Made by a program: the position numbers and the translations under genes. The notes beneath the pieces are model-generated. The model made no database searches and was not told the DNA's origin. It saw only the letters and a program-made list of their open reading frames with translations. A stretch of 64,000 bases of DNA from Nitrospirales bacterium (lineage in GTDB: Bacteria; Nitrospirota; Nitrospiria; Nitrospirales; UBA8639), in contig OY820905.2 of the NCBI GenBank assembly GCA_963555755.3, positions 3,808,001 to 3,872,000 of the forward strand. The letters are read 5' to 3'. This document shows, piece by piece, positions 10,075 through 20,521 of this stretch (within the stretch, counting starts at the first letter, position 1; each line of letters begins with the position of its first letter).

Positions 10075-10133
10075 GGGCACCTCTAAAAACCGTCCTTGCC
10101 CTCACAAAAAATGCCTGGTTTTTAGAGGTGCCC
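10075..10133. mobile_element. MITE family C (internally deleted)
   Basis: TIRs GGGCACCTCTAAAAACC/GGTTTTTAGAGGTGCCC flanked by TTAA on both sides. Confidence 0.85.
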
Positions 10134-10140
10134 TTAATAT

Positions 10141-10425
10141 TTAGGAAGAGCTCTCTTCGGGAAAAACTTGTGTGAATGGATGAACCTCGACCCGTTCAAA
10201 AATTCCATCTACAACATAGGGGTCTCCCTGGGCAAACGCTTCAGCTTCAGACAACGACTCGGCTTCGATAATAATGAGACTGCCAGCTTTGTCCGTGAAG
10301 GGGCCCGCGCATATGAGTCGCCCCTGGTCTTGGAGTTTCTTCAGACGTTCGAGGTGTGCTGGTCGGTGCGTGGGTCGTTTGGTCTGCCCTTCAGGGCCGT
10401 CCCAGCCGATGATGACAAATTTCAT
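10141..10425 (-). CDS. YciI family protein
   Basis: R..HRPAHL..L...G.LICAGP....GSLII......A......DPY. Confidence 0.9.
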   Translation of the reverse strand: MKFVIIGWDGPEGQTKRPTHRPAHLERLKKLQDQGRLICAGPFTDKAGSLIIIEAESLSEAEAFAQGDPYVVDGIFERVEVHPFTQVFPEESSS

Positions 10426-10516
10426 TGGGTTTCAGGTTCTCTATGTTGCACGAAATCGGTAGCCCTTTTTGGGCAATACATCTAAGAAGAGAAATCAAGG
10501 TAAAAAAGACTCTCGG

Positions 10517-10933
10517 TTATTGGGTCCCTTCTGGAATAGCTTGTCGTTCCGAAAAACCTGTGGTGATTTCGTGCCACCATTCAATTTTGTCTTCACCCAA
10601 TTTCCAGCACAAATAGACAATTCGCCCGTCTAGCAAATAGGGAAAATCACAAAGTCCTAATTCCAGGTCTTTGACAATGACACCCATTTCTTGAATGTTT
10701 CCAATATTTTCGTGCATGTTTTCGAGAGCCGTTACGTAGCGCGGTCCGACAACACTGCCTCCGCCATATTCCGCTTTGGCACAGGCCTTTGTAATTTCGT
10801 CTTTGGTGTGAATGAGGATCGATCGACCATCTTTGGCTTTGGAGAGAAAGCTTTCGAGTTTGGGAATGAGAGCTGTCGCCTCGGCCAGTGTGAACAGGCG
10901 ATCATCCGATGTATCTTCGTCGTGTTGTGCCAT
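10517..10933 (-). CDS. DUF2203 family protein
   Basis: FTL.EA..LIP...KDLELGLCDFP....GR.VYLCWKLGE.KI.WWH....GF..RQ. Confidence 0.85.
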   Translation of the reverse strand: MAQHDEDTSDDRLFTLAEATALIPKLESFLSKAKDGRSILIHTKDEITKACAKAEYGGGSVVGPRYVTALENMHENIGNIQEMGVIVKDLELGLCDFPYLLDGRIVYLCWKLGEDKIEWWHEITTGFSERQAIPEGTQ

Positions 10934-11202
10934 GGGGAATTCTACAATTTATCAAAAGGCCTTTTTGGACAGGGCGTCAATCTTTCTTTTCTTTATCATA
11001 ACTGATTCTGCCTCGCAAATAGCGTTTTGTAGATGGCTGAATGCCCAAAAGTCCTTTGAAACAATAGCTTGGGCTTACCAAGGCTCTCATGATTCCCATG
11101 AAAGCTAGGCGTGTAGTGTGGAATTGGGGCAGATGAGAGCGTTTGGCAAGAACTGACAGAATCTCTACTAAAGTTCCATGAACGAATGTCCGAAAGAAAC
11201 TA

Positions 11203-11230
11203 TTGACAATATGGAGAGTCATGGTATACA
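11203..11230 (+). promoter_or_regulatory. Putative sigma70 promoter of rho
   Basis: TTGACA at 11203 followed by TGG-TATACA (extended -10-like, 16-bp spacer). Confidence 0.5.
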
Positions 11231-11708
11231 AAATAATTGTACCTTCCACTTACTCACAAGGAATTCACCTTCTTCCTACATGACTTTCCGTTTCTGCTAA
11301 AGCCCATTCTCGTTCTAAACGTTTATAGCCACTAAACATTTCGTTACTTATGATTATTGCTTTACATTTTCATTCGCATACTCGTCTATGATGAAGGAAT
11401 TGAGGAGCTCAAGGTATTATGTTGACTGACTCAACACTACATGCGTGTTCTTTGCCTGCTGGGATTGTCTGACTTCATACCTTAAAAGACTCCATATTCA
11501 ATGTATCTGTCATCCATCAGGGACAAAATGTTCATTGTCCCCCCCAAAAAATTATCGCGAATTGAGATCGTAAATATCCATTCACCACAGATGGACCTTT
11601 CTGTGGATGTGAGAAGAAATGGATAGAGAGAACCCATCGTAGGATCCAAACCAGGACAGCATTGACAATACCATCCTACCCATTAAATACCCACCCTAGG
11701 AGAAGCAC

Positions 11709-12959
11709 ATGCACCTCGCCGAATTAAAACAGAAAAACATTGGTGATCTCGCCGAACTCGCTCGCACCTTGAAGGTTGATGGAGCAGCGAATTTGCGCAA
11801 ACAGGAACTTATTTTTGCCATACTCCAAGGCCAGTCAGAGAAGAATGGAGTGATTTTTGGAGAAGGAGTGCTAGAATCCTTGTCAGATGGGTTTGGGTTT
11901 CTTCGTGCGCCGGATTCAAATTATTTGCCGGGGCCTGACGATATTTATATCTCCCCTTCGCAAATCCGTCGATTTAGTCTTCGGACCGGCGACATTGTGT
12001 CGGGCCAAATTCGGCCACCAAAAGACGGGGAGCGCTACTTCGCGTTACTCAAGGTTGAGAAAATCAATTTTGACGAACCGGAAATGCAGCGGGACAAGAT
12101 TCTCTTTGATAACCTGACCCCACTCTATCCTGAGCAACGGATTGAGCTAGAGTTTGATCCGGAAGAGTACTGTACGCGAATAATGGACCTCACGACGCCA
12201 ATCGGGATGGGGCAACGCGGACTGATTGTCGCCGCACCGCGAACAGGAAAGACCATGCTGCTTCAAGCCATTGCCCGCGCGATATTGACCAATCATCCGG
12301 AAACGGTGCTGATTGTCCTGTTGATTGATGAGCGGCCAGAAGAAGTCACGGATTGGCAACGGCAGGTGAAAAAAGCCGAAGTCATCAGCTCGACGTTTGA
12401 TGAGCCGGCCCAACGTCATGCGCAAGTGGCAGAAATTGTCATGGAAAAAGCCAAACGATTGGTGGAGCACAAACGGGATGTGGTCATTCTTCTGGATAGC
12501 ATTACACGCTTGGCCCGAGCCTATAACTCGATTGCTCCGCCGAGTGGGAAGGTGTTGTCCGGAGGTCTTGATTCAAACGCCTTGCAACGCCCCAAACGAT
12601 TCTTCGGCGCCGCTCGGAATATTGAATTTGGCGGGAGTCTCACCATTATGGCCACGGCCTTGGTGGACACCGGGAGCCGGATGGATGATGTGATTTTTGA
12701 GGAGTTTAAAGGTACGGGTAATATGGAAGTCCACCTCGATCGTCGGTTGGCCGACAAGCGAATCTTCCCGGCCATTGACATTAGTCAATCCGGCACCAGA
12801 AAAGAAGAACTTCTTGTTGATCGTGATCGATTAAACAAGATGTGGATTTTGCGAAAGGTTCTGAGCCCGCTTGGGACCATGGAGGCCATGGAGTTTCTCA
12901 TGGATAAAATGGCAGGCACCAAGACCAATCAGGAATTTTTGCAGTCGATGAATCGCTAA
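11709..12959 (+). CDS. rho: Transcription termination factor Rho
   Basis: [53 protein letters not shown]. Confidence 0.99.
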   Translation: MHLAELKQKNIGDLAELARTLKVDGAANLRKQELIFAILQGQSEKNGVIFGEGVLESLSDGFGFLRAPDSNYLPGPDDIYISPSQIRRFSLRTGDIVSGQIRPPKDGERYFALLKVEKINFDEPEMQRDKILFDNLTPLYPEQRIELEFDPEEYCTRIMDLTTPIGMGQRGLIVAAPRTGKTMLLQAIARAILTNHPETVLIVLLIDERPEEVTDWQRQVKKAEVISSTFDEPAQRHAQVAEIVMEKAKRLVEHKRDVVILLDSITRLARAYNSIAPPSGKVLSGGLDSNALQRPKRFFGAARNIEFGGSLTIMATALVDTGSRMDDVIFEEFKGTGNMEVHLDRRLADKRIFPAIDISQSGTRKEELLVDRDRLNKMWILRKVLSPLGTMEAMEFLMDKMAGTKTNQEFLQSMNR

Positions 12960-13059
12960 TAATTTTTGACAGGCTCCTAGCAACATCCTGCCAGTTTTGC
13001 CAACCACCCGTCATTCATGGTACACATACTGGGTACACTTCAAAGTGTGACGTTTGCGA

Positions 13060-13218
13060 AGGACTCGCGCGAGAATACCTTTCCCTGTTTGGGTGCTGAG
13101 GCACCTGTCTGGCAAGGCGCGAGGACTGCGCATACTCTTCGTATGGAAAGGACGAGCAACGCCGCCAGACGAGATGGATCGACGCACAAACAGGGGAAGT
13201 TATTTTTGCGCGAGCCCT
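13060..13218. mobile_element. MITE-like element (family G) in the rpmE 5' region
   Basis: Imperfect ~32-bp TIRs AGGACTCGCGCGAGAATACCTTTCCCTGTTTG / CAAACAGGGGAAGTTATTTTTGCGCGAGCCCT with an internal CAAGG...AACGCCG core. Confidence 0.7.
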
Positions 13219-13235
13219 AAAGGAGACTTTTTGTA

Positions 13236-13445
13236 ATGAAAGCAGGGATTCATCCAGATTACCGCGAGGCGACCGTGAGTTGTGCATGTGGTGCGAAATT
13301 TCAAACTCGTTCCACAGTCGGAAACCTCAAGCTCGATATTTGTTCCAGTTGCCACCCCTTCTTTACCGGAACCCAAAAAATTGTAGATGCGGAAGGGCGT
13401 GTGGAACGGTTCAGGAAAAGATACGCGAAAAAAGCCAAGGCTTAA
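13236..13445 (+). CDS. rpmE: 50S ribosomal protein L31 (Zn-binding type)
   Basis: MKAGIHPDY...CACG...[20 protein letters not shown]. Confidence 0.98.
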   Translation: MKAGIHPDYREATVSCACGAKFQTRSTVGNLKLDICSSCHPFFTGTQKIVDAEGRVERFRKRYAKKAKA

Positions 13446-13734
13446 GAGCCTGTCCCAGATTAGCCGAATCTACTGCGGATGTGCTGGAGGTGGCCAGATG
13501 TTCCGATCCTTTTCGGGGAATGTTGAAAAAGACCGCCAGCTGCGTTCTCGGGCTTTTGGCGTGCTCACGTACTCCGTGTACGCTCCGCGCGCTAAAAGCC
13601 CTGCGGCCTTGCTGGACGGCCTTTTTGAACATTACCCGTTTTCGTTGAATAGTCCCACTATTCGCCTCAAACGATCGAAACATCTGACTCAAACCAGCAC
13701 ATCCTCGTGACGATCGATAATCTCGGACAGGCTC
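13446..13734. mobile_element. MITE family B (GAGCCTGTCC TIRs) enclosing a family A core
   Basis: GAGCCTGTCCCAGATT...AATCTCGGACAGGCTC. Near-identical to 29043-29330 and 31292-31580. Confidence 0.88.
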
Positions 13735-13813
13735 CTAGCCCCCTCAGCATTATTCGAGACCTCAGTAATTCGTCAGGTTTTCGCGAAACCTCATCTGCTT
13801 CCCAGCTGTCACT

Positions 13814-14935
13814 ATGTCCGGAGATCAGAAGGATAATGCTCAAGTTGAGGGATGGCTTTCTCAATGGGAAGCTGTGGCCAATCGGTATGAGAATTTAACC
13901 CACCAATTGGCCGATCCGGCTGTTTTGAATCAAACCTCATTGTTGGTTTCCATCAATAAAGAACGAGCCGAGCTCGAAGACACGAGCCAACTCTTTTATC
14001 GTCATCAGGCTCTGTTGACAGATATTCAGAACACCACACGTATGCTGGGCGATGCGCAGCTTGAGCCCGAGTTGCGGGAGTTGGGTGAAGAGGAACTTGA
14101 GTCCTTACGCGCGCAACGCCAGGATATTGAACGGCAGGCGCTGGAATTGTTGCATCCCAAAAATGCCGAAGACGATAAAAACTCATTTATCGAAATTCGA
14201 GCCGGAACCGGGGGGGAGGAAGCCGCATTGTTTGCGGCAGCCCTTCTGCGTATGTATGTTCGCTATGCCGAGAAAAAAGGGTTGCGCGTGGAAATGGTCG
14301 ATTCGAGTGAAACGGGAATCGGTGGAATCAAGGAAGCGGTGTTTCTTGTTGAGGGGAAAGGAGCCTACGGGTGCTTCCGCTACGAAAGTGGCGTGCATCG
14401 TGTTCAGCGTGTGCCAACCACCGAGGCCAGTGGCCGCATTCATACGTCCACCGCGACAGTGGCGGTGATGCCTGAAGTCGAAGAGGTCGATGTGCACATC
14501 GACCCGAAGGACTTGCGAATCGATACATTCTGCTCGTCGGGTGCCGGTGGCCAAAGTGTAAATACCACATACTCGGCTGTGCGTATTACTCATATCCCCA
14601 CAGGCGTGGTGGTGTCCTGTCAAGATGAACGGTCGCAATTAAAAAATCGCGAAAAAGCCATGCGAACCTTGCGATCAAGAATTGGTGATGCTGAACGGGC
14701 CAAGCAGGAAGCCTCAATCGCCGAGCATCGACGCTCTCAGGTGGGAACGGGAGAGCGAAGTGAAAAAGTTCGCACCTATAATTATCCGCAAAATCGGATT
14801 ACCGACCATCGGATTGGCTTGAGTCTTCATAAACTGGAAGCGATTCTCGATGGCGATCTTGATGAACTCGTTGAAACATTACAAGCGGCGAGTGAAGTGG
14901 AGTCGCTTCGCCAAGACGGCATGAACAAAGCTTAA
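13814..14935 (+). CDS. prfA: Peptide chain release factor 1
   Basis: GGQ motif, RVQRVPTTEASGRIHTS, RTYNYPQNRITDHRI. Confidence 0.98.
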   Translation: MSGDQKDNAQVEGWLSQWEAVANRYENLTHQLADPAVLNQTSLLVSINKERAELEDTSQLFYRHQALLTDIQNTTRMLGDAQLEPELRELGEEELESLRAQRQDIERQALELLHPKNAEDDKNSFIEIRAGTGGEEAALFAAALLRMYVRYAEKKGLRVEMVDSSETGIGGIKEAVFLVEGKGAYGCFRYESGVHRVQRVPTTEASGRIHTSTATVAVMPEVEEVDVHIDPKDLRIDTFCSSGAGGQSVNTTYSAVRITHIPTGVVVSCQDERSQLKNREKAMRTLRSRIGDAERAKQEASIAEHRRSQVGTGERSEKVRTYNYPQNRITDHRIGLSLHKLEAILDGDLDELVETLQAASEVESLRQDGMNKA

Positions 14936-14939
14936 AATT

Positions 14940-15866
14940 ATGGTTTCTTTAGACGTGATTTCCGATTCGATTCACAGATCTCTTTACCAGGAGACCCCCG
15001 TGACCTATGCTGTGGGTTATCGAGAAGGTGTATCCCTGTTATCGAACGCTGGTGTGTCCAATGCAAAGAATGAAGCCTTGTGGTTACTGGAAACAGCTTG
15101 GGGGATTTCGAGTGTAGACCTTCATACCGAACCCCAAACGATTGTGGCTGAATCGTCTTGGTCTGGAGCCAAAGAGTTATTTCTTAGACGTGCCGCGGGA
15201 GAGCCTCTTCAGTATATTCTCGGTACTCAGGCATTTCGCGGTTTGAACATTGCTGTGCGGCCAGGCGTCCTCATCCCGCGGCCTGAAACGGAACTTATCA
15301 TTGAAGAGGTGCATTCCGTTCGGCTTTCTCACAATAGTCTTCCCATGGCGGATGTGGGAACGGGGTCTGGCTGTCTTTCCATCGCCTTGGCGGCAGAGTT
15401 TCCTGAATCGACGATTTTTGCAACGGATTGTTCTGACGTCGCCATTGAAGTGGCCAAGTCCAATGCGAGTCGGCACAGGGTTCAAGAGCGGATCAGGTTT
15501 CTGTGTGGCGACTTGCTGGAGCCTTTGACATCGTGCCCGGAACTCAAAGCCGGCCTTTCGGTCATTGTGGCGAACCCTCCGTATATCCCGACTCGTGAAC
15601 TTGACACTCTTCCACGTGAAGTTCGAGACTTCGAACCCCAACTTGCGTTTGATGGCGGAGCCGATGGCCTTTTCTTCTATCGAAGGCTGCTTCGTGAAGC
15701 CCTGTTGTTTTTACAGCCAGGCGGGAGCCTGGTGATGGAAATGGGAGAAGGTCAGGCTCTTCATATCCGTGAAGAAGCTGAACGTCTGTCTGGATGGCAT
15801 ATTCAAAACATTCGACAAGATGATGCGGGCATTGATCGTATCATTTCCCTGAAGCGGAAGGGCTAG
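14940..15866 (+). CDS. prmC: Release factor glutamine methyltransferase
   Basis: GEPLQYILG, LIPRPETE, DVGTGSG, NPPY. Confidence 0.97.
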   Translation: MVSLDVISDSIHRSLYQETPVTYAVGYREGVSLLSNAGVSNAKNEALWLLETAWGISSVDLHTEPQTIVAESSWSGAKELFLRRAAGEPLQYILGTQAFRGLNIAVRPGVLIPRPETELIIEEVHSVRLSHNSLPMADVGTGSGCLSIALAAEFPESTIFATDCSDVAIEVAKSNASRHRVQERIRFLCGDLLEPLTSCPELKAGLSVIVANPPYIPTRELDTLPREVRDFEPQLAFDGGADGLFFYRRLLREALLFLQPGGSLVMEMGEGQALHIREEAERLSGWHIQNIRQDDAGIDRIISLKRKG

Positions 15867-15872
15867 AAACAG

Positions 15873-17132
15873 GTGACGCGAATTACGATTACAGGAAGAC
15901 GACAATTAACAGGTCAGGTGCAGGCTGCCGGGGCAAAAAACGCGGCATTGCCGATTCTTGCGTCCACGCTGCTGGGGGGTGGGGACTGTCAGATTACCAA
16001 TCTTCCGCAGGTTCGTGACGTTGCCACGATGAATACGTTGCTGAGTCTTATCGGTGCCTCCGTGAAACAAGATGGAAATCAGGTAGTGATCAATACCGAC
16101 ACGGTCCAATCGTTCGAAGCCCCTTATGATCTCGTGAAAACCATGCGCGCGTCCGTGCTGGTTTTGGGCCCATTGTTGGCCCGGTTTGGTGAAGCGATCG
16201 TGTCCCTTCCCGGAGGTTGCGCGATTGGCTCAAGGCCGGTGAATCTTCATCTTGATGGTTTCAAAAAACTCGGGGCGACGATTGAGCTGGAACACGGGTA
16301 TATTCGTGCTCATACCACCGGGCTGAAGGGCCAACGGATTGATTTGGAAACGCCAACAGTCACGGGAACGGAAAATCTGATAATGGCCGCATGTTTGGCA
16401 AAGGGGACGACAATTATTAATAATGCGGCGATGGAGCCGGAGATTGAAGATCTCGCCAATTTTCTCAACACGCGAGGGGCAGACATTATGGGAGCGGCGA
16501 CTGGCCGTATCCTGATCGAGGGCGTCTCGCAACTTCACGGAGCCGAGTATACCGTTATGCCAGACCGAATCGAAACCGGGACCTATTTGATCGCCGGCAT
16601 GGTGACGGGCGGAGACGTTGAAGTGCATCATTGCATTCCTAGGCATCTTGATTCCCTGATTTCCAAGCTTCGGGAATGTGGCGCGGAGGTTCATGAGACA
16701 ACTGATTCGATCAGAGTCAAAGCTCCCAAACGGATTCAAGCTTTGGACGTACAAACCTTTCCGTATCCCAGGTTCCCAACGGATCTCCAGGCTCAGATGA
16801 TGGCGATGATGTCCGTGGCCGATGGCACCAGTGTCATTACCGAGAATGTATTCGAAGGTCGGTATCTTCATGTGCCTGAACTGCAACGAATGGGAGCGTC
16901 AATTACGGTGGATGGATCGCGAGCGGTGGTCAAAGGAGTCCCGCAGCTCACGGGAGCCCAGGTGATGGCCTCTGACCTTCGAGCCAGTGCCGGGCTAGTA
17001 TTGGCAGCCTTGGCCGCTGAGGGCGAAACCCAGATTACCAGGGTGTACCATCTTGAACGTGGCTATGAGCGAATGGAAGATAAACTTCAGGGATTAGGAG
17101 CCATGGTGCATCGGGAGCCTGCATCCCCATGA
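15873..17132 (+). CDS. murA: UDP-N-acetylglucosamine 1-carboxyvinyltransferase
   Basis: GAKNAALP, LPGGCAIGSRPV, FPTDLQAQ, DLRASA. Confidence 0.98.
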   Translation: MTRITITGRRQLTGQVQAAGAKNAALPILASTLLGGGDCQITNLPQVRDVATMNTLLSLIGASVKQDGNQVVINTDTVQSFEAPYDLVKTMRASVLVLGPLLARFGEAIVSLPGGCAIGSRPVNLHLDGFKKLGATIELEHGYIRAHTTGLKGQRIDLETPTVTGTENLIMAACLAKGTTIINNAAMEPEIEDLANFLNTRGADIMGAATGRILIEGVSQLHGAEYTVMPDRIETGTYLIAGMVTGGDVEVHHCIPRHLDSLISKLRECGAEVHETTDSIRVKAPKRIQALDVQTFPYPRFPTDLQAQMMAMMSVADGTSVITENVFEGRYLHVPELQRMGASITVDGSRAVVKGVPQLTGAQVMASDLRASAGLVLAALAAEGETQITRVYHLERGYERMEDKLQGLGAMVHREPASP

Positions 17133-17779
17133 GTGAAACCGTGATTGTGGCCCTATCAAAGGGGAAGCTGCTTGATCCGACGATCGAACTCTTTCGCCAA
17201 GCCGGGTATGCTGGGCCAGACCTGTCTTCTGACCCAAGACGGCTAATTTTTGAGGTTCCGCAGTCCGGATTGACGTTTCTCATTGTGCGGCCCACTGATG
17301 TGCCAACCTATGTTGAGCATGGAGCTGCAGATGTCGGGATCGCCGGGAAGGATTTGCTTCTGGAACAACAGAGCGATGTGCATGAACCGTTAGACTTACG
17401 CATTGGCGGGTGTCGTATTGCTGTTGCCGGATTGCAAGGCTGTGATATGCCGACGCGATTATCTTCAAAATTGCGGGTGGCCACCAAATATCCCAACATC
17501 ACTGAATGGTATTTCAATCAACAGGGGATTCCGGTAGAAATCATTAAACTGTACGGGTCCATGGAACTTGCGCCGGTGGTGGGGTTGGCTGATCGCATTG
17601 TGGACTTGGTATCAAGCGGACAAACGTTGAAGGCCAATAACCTGAAAGAAACGGAGGTGATTGCGTGGTCAACGGCCCGGTTGATTGTGAATCGTGCCAG
17701 CCTCAAAATGAAGCATCAGGTGATTTCCCAAATGATTGAGAGGCTACGCAAATGCCGACCCAAGACGATGCCACGTTAA
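17129..17779 (+). CDS. hisG: ATP phosphoribosyltransferase, short form
   Basis: VRPTDVPTYVEHGAADVGIAGKD, RVATKYP, DLVSSG.TLKAN; 216 aa. Confidence 0.97.
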   Translation: MSETVIVALSKGKLLDPTIELFRQAGYAGPDLSSDPRRLIFEVPQSGLTFLIVRPTDVPTYVEHGAADVGIAGKDLLLEQQSDVHEPLDLRIGGCRIAVAGLQGCDMPTRLSSKLRVATKYPNITEWYFNQQGIPVEIIKLYGSMELAPVVGLADRIVDLVSSGQTLKANNLKETEVIAWSTARLIVNRASLKMKHQVISQMIERLRKCRPKTMPR

Positions 17780-17786
17780 TTTTTTT

Positions 17787-17875
17787 CGTGAAGCGTGAAG
17801 CGGAAGAGACAGTTAAGGGTGCTATTTCCCTTTTTTTCTCATTACGCATGACGCATCACGCATTACTCATTACGA
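17787..17875. repeat. Heptamer inverted array (CGTGAAG)n...(CATTACG/CATCACG)n
   Basis: Tandem 7-mers in opposed arms between hisG and hisD. Confidence 0.7.
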
Positions 17876-17909
17876 AATAAGCCTTGCTACGCAGTCCCTT
17901 AAGGCGATT

Positions 17910-19193
17910 ATGAAAATCATTTCACATAACGATCGAGAGTTTAAAAAAACCCTGGATCAGGTGTGCCGTCGCGGGTCTCAACAAAATGCTAAGATTGAGG
18001 CTCGGGTCAAACGAATTCTTCGATCCGTGGAAAGAGCCGGAGATGCTGCCGTTTGTCGATATGTGAAGCAATTTGACGGTCTTCGTCTACGTCCGAACGA
18101 ATTTCAGGTGAAGAAAGACGAGATCGAGCAAGCCTATCAACACATTGGCAAACAGGAGCGCAATGCCCTTCGAATGGCCGCGAAACGCATTCGGTCATTT
18201 CATGAGCGTCAACGTGTTTCGACTTGGATGCATACGGAAAAAGGCGTGAAGCTTGGTCAACTCATTTCGCCTTTGGACGTGGTAGGTCTCTATGTGCCTG
18301 GGGGCAAAGCGTTGTATCCTTCGACCGTGTTGATGAACGCGGTCCCTGCGAAGGTGGCTGGGGTGAAGCGGGTGATCATGTGTACGCCGACGGCCAGTGG
18401 TGAAATTCACCCATATTTACTCGTTGCCGCGGATGTGGCTGGTGTCGATGAAATTTATCGTATCGGTGGTGTGCAGGCTATCGGGGCGATGGCGTATGGG
18501 ACCCAGCACATTCCCAAGACGGATAAAATTGTTGGGCCAGGCAATATGTATGTGGCCGCGGCCAAACGTGTGGTGTATGGGACCGTCGGGATCGATATGA
18601 TCGCTGGTCCCAGTGAGTTATTGGTGATCGCGGATGACACGGCAAACCCCGTGCATTGTGCTGCCGACTTGTTGTGTGAAGCCGAACATGATGAAGAAGC
18701 GCGCGTGTATCTCGTGACTCCTTCTGCTAGCATAGCCAAAGCGGTGGTCAAGGAGGTTGCCAAGCAGTTAGCCAGATTAAGTCGAAAGCAGATTGCGACG
18801 CATTCCGTGGGGCAGTATGCTATAGCCTTTGTGACGTCAACGATGGAACAGGCGTTTGATGTCGCGAATGCCATTGCAGCGGAGCATCTCGAATTATTGG
18901 TGACACGTCCCTTTCAGGCATTAAAAAAAGTGCGGCATGCCGGAGCGGTCTTCGTGGGGGCGTATACGCCCCCCGCAGTCGCGGATTATGTGGCCGGTCC
19001 CAATCATGTTCTCCCGACAGGAGGGTCCGCTCGCTTCTTTTCCGCGTTGTCTCTGGATGATTATGTGAAGAAAACCAATATTGTGGCGTATAACAAAAAA
19101 CAGCTCAAAGCGGTTCAACCGTACGTGACCTGTTTGGCAGGGATGGAAGGGTTTCAAGCCCATGCACGTTCTATAGAAAGTCGGAATTTATGA
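17910..19193 (+). CDS. hisD: Histidinol dehydrogenase
   Basis: [46 protein letters not shown]. Confidence 0.98.
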   Translation: MKIISHNDREFKKTLDQVCRRGSQQNAKIEARVKRILRSVERAGDAAVCRYVKQFDGLRLRPNEFQVKKDEIEQAYQHIGKQERNALRMAAKRIRSFHERQRVSTWMHTEKGVKLGQLISPLDVVGLYVPGGKALYPSTVLMNAVPAKVAGVKRVIMCTPTASGEIHPYLLVAADVAGVDEIYRIGGVQAIGAMAYGTQHIPKTDKIVGPGNMYVAAAKRVVYGTVGIDMIAGPSELLVIADDTANPVHCAADLLCEAEHDEEARVYLVTPSASIAKAVVKEVAKQLARLSRKQIATHSVGQYAIAFVTSTMEQAFDVANAIAAEHLELLVTRPFQALKKVRHAGAVFVGAYTPPAVADYVAGPNHVLPTGGSARFFSALSLDDYVKKTNIVAYNKKQLKAVQPYVTCLAGMEGFQAHARSIESRNL

Positions 19194-19792
19194 ACATGTC
19201 GAAAAACTCTCGTTGGGGCAAGATCGAACGAACCACTTCTGAAACATCAGTGTGCGCGGAATGGGGTTTGGATGGGACGGGTACTGGAAAGATCGACACG
19301 ACGATTCCATTCGTTGACCACATGCTGAACTTGTTGGCTAAGCATGGCTTATTTGATTTGACCGTGGAGGCCAAGGGCGATACGGAAATTGATCATCACC
19401 ACACCGTGGAAGATGTTGGCCTTGTCCTTGGATTGGCCCTGAAGGAAGCGTTGGGTGAGAAGTCTCAAATACGTCGGTTTGGGTGGGCCATCGTTCCCCT
19501 CGATGAGACCTTAGCAGAAGTCGTGGTCGATCTGAGTGGCCGCCCATTCCTCGTGTATAACGTCGAGTTTCCTCATCGTCAGATAAAGGATTTTGACCTT
19601 GGTTTGTTTGAAGACTTTTTTCAGGCCTTGGTGACCCAGGGTGCATTGAATCTTCACATCAATCTGAAGTATGGGCGAAACCCGCATCATATTATTGAGG
19701 CGGTGTTTAAAGCTTTCGCCAAGGCCCTGGATCAAGCGACCACCATAGATGATAGAGTTTCAGGTGTTCTATCCACGAAAGGTTCTTTGTAA
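19190..19792 (+). CDS. hisB: Imidazoleglycerol-phosphate dehydratase
   Basis: [31 protein letters not shown]. Confidence 0.98.
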   Translation: MNMSKNSRWGKIERTTSETSVCAEWGLDGTGTGKIDTTIPFVDHMLNLLAKHGLFDLTVEAKGDTEIDHHHTVEDVGLVLGLALKEALGEKSQIRRFGWAIVPLDETLAEVVVDLSGRPFLVYNVEFPHRQIKDFDLGLFEDFFQALVTQGALNLHINLKYGRNPHHIIEAVFKAFAKALDQATTIDDRVSGVLSTKGSL

Positions 19793-19796
19793 TAGA

Positions 19797-19891
19797 AGCG
19801 TGATGCGTGAAGCGTAAACCGTGATGCGAATAAGATTAAAATATAAATCAATCCTTCTACACGCATTACGCATCACGCATCACGCATCACG
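19797..19891. repeat. Heptamer inverted array (CGTGATG/CGTGAAG)n...(CATCACG)n
   Basis: Tandem 7-mers in opposed arms between hisB and hisH. Confidence 0.75.
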
Positions 19892-19900
19892 GGTCCCGAA

Positions 19901-20521
19901 ATGATTGCTATCATTGACTATGAAATGGGAAATCTTCGGAGCGTTCAAAAAGGCTTCGAAACCGTTGGGTATGATGCCATAGTCACGCGGGACCCAGCAG
20001 TCATTGACCGAGCCTCTCATGTGGTATTGCCAGGGGTCGGCGCGTTTGGCGATTGTGTGGCAAATCTCAATCGGTTCGAGTTAGTGGAACCCCTCCGTCG
20101 TTCCATCTCTCAAGGAAAGCCGTTTTTAGGAATTTGTTTAGGCCTGCAAGTGTTGTTTACGGAAAGCGAGGAGTTTGGCTCCCATCAGGGGTTGGATATT
20201 TTTAAAGGCAAGGTCAAACGTTTTTCTTTTGCCGAGCACCACGGGAAGGGCTTAAAGGTTCCTCATATGGGATGGAATGCCATTCGTATCCAGACTCCGA
20301 GTCCGCTTCTGAAGGGAATCGAACCTGAGTCGTATGTCTATTTTGTGCATTCGTATTATGTCGAACCGGCGGAGTCAGAGGTGATCTGTACGGAAACGAC
20401 CTATGGGATTCCGTTTGTCTCGAGTATCGCACATGACAATATTTTTGCCTGCCAATTCCATCCGGAAAAAAGCCAACGCATCGGTCTTCAACTTCTTCGC
20501 AACTTTGGAGCATGGAATTGA
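19901..20521 (+). CDS. hisH: Imidazole glycerol phosphate synthase, glutaminase subunit
   Basis: LPGVGAF, LGICLGLQ, VPHMGWN, QFHPEKS. Confidence 0.98.
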   Translation: MIAIIDYEMGNLRSVQKGFETVGYDAIVTRDPAVIDRASHVVLPGVGAFGDCVANLNRFELVEPLRRSISQGKPFLGICLGLQVLFTESEEFGSHQGLDIFKGKVKRFSFAEHHGKGLKVPHMGWNAIRIQTPSPLLKGIEPESYVYFVHSYYVEPAESEVICTETTYGIPFVSSIAHDNIFACQFHPEKSQRIGLQLLRNFGAWN

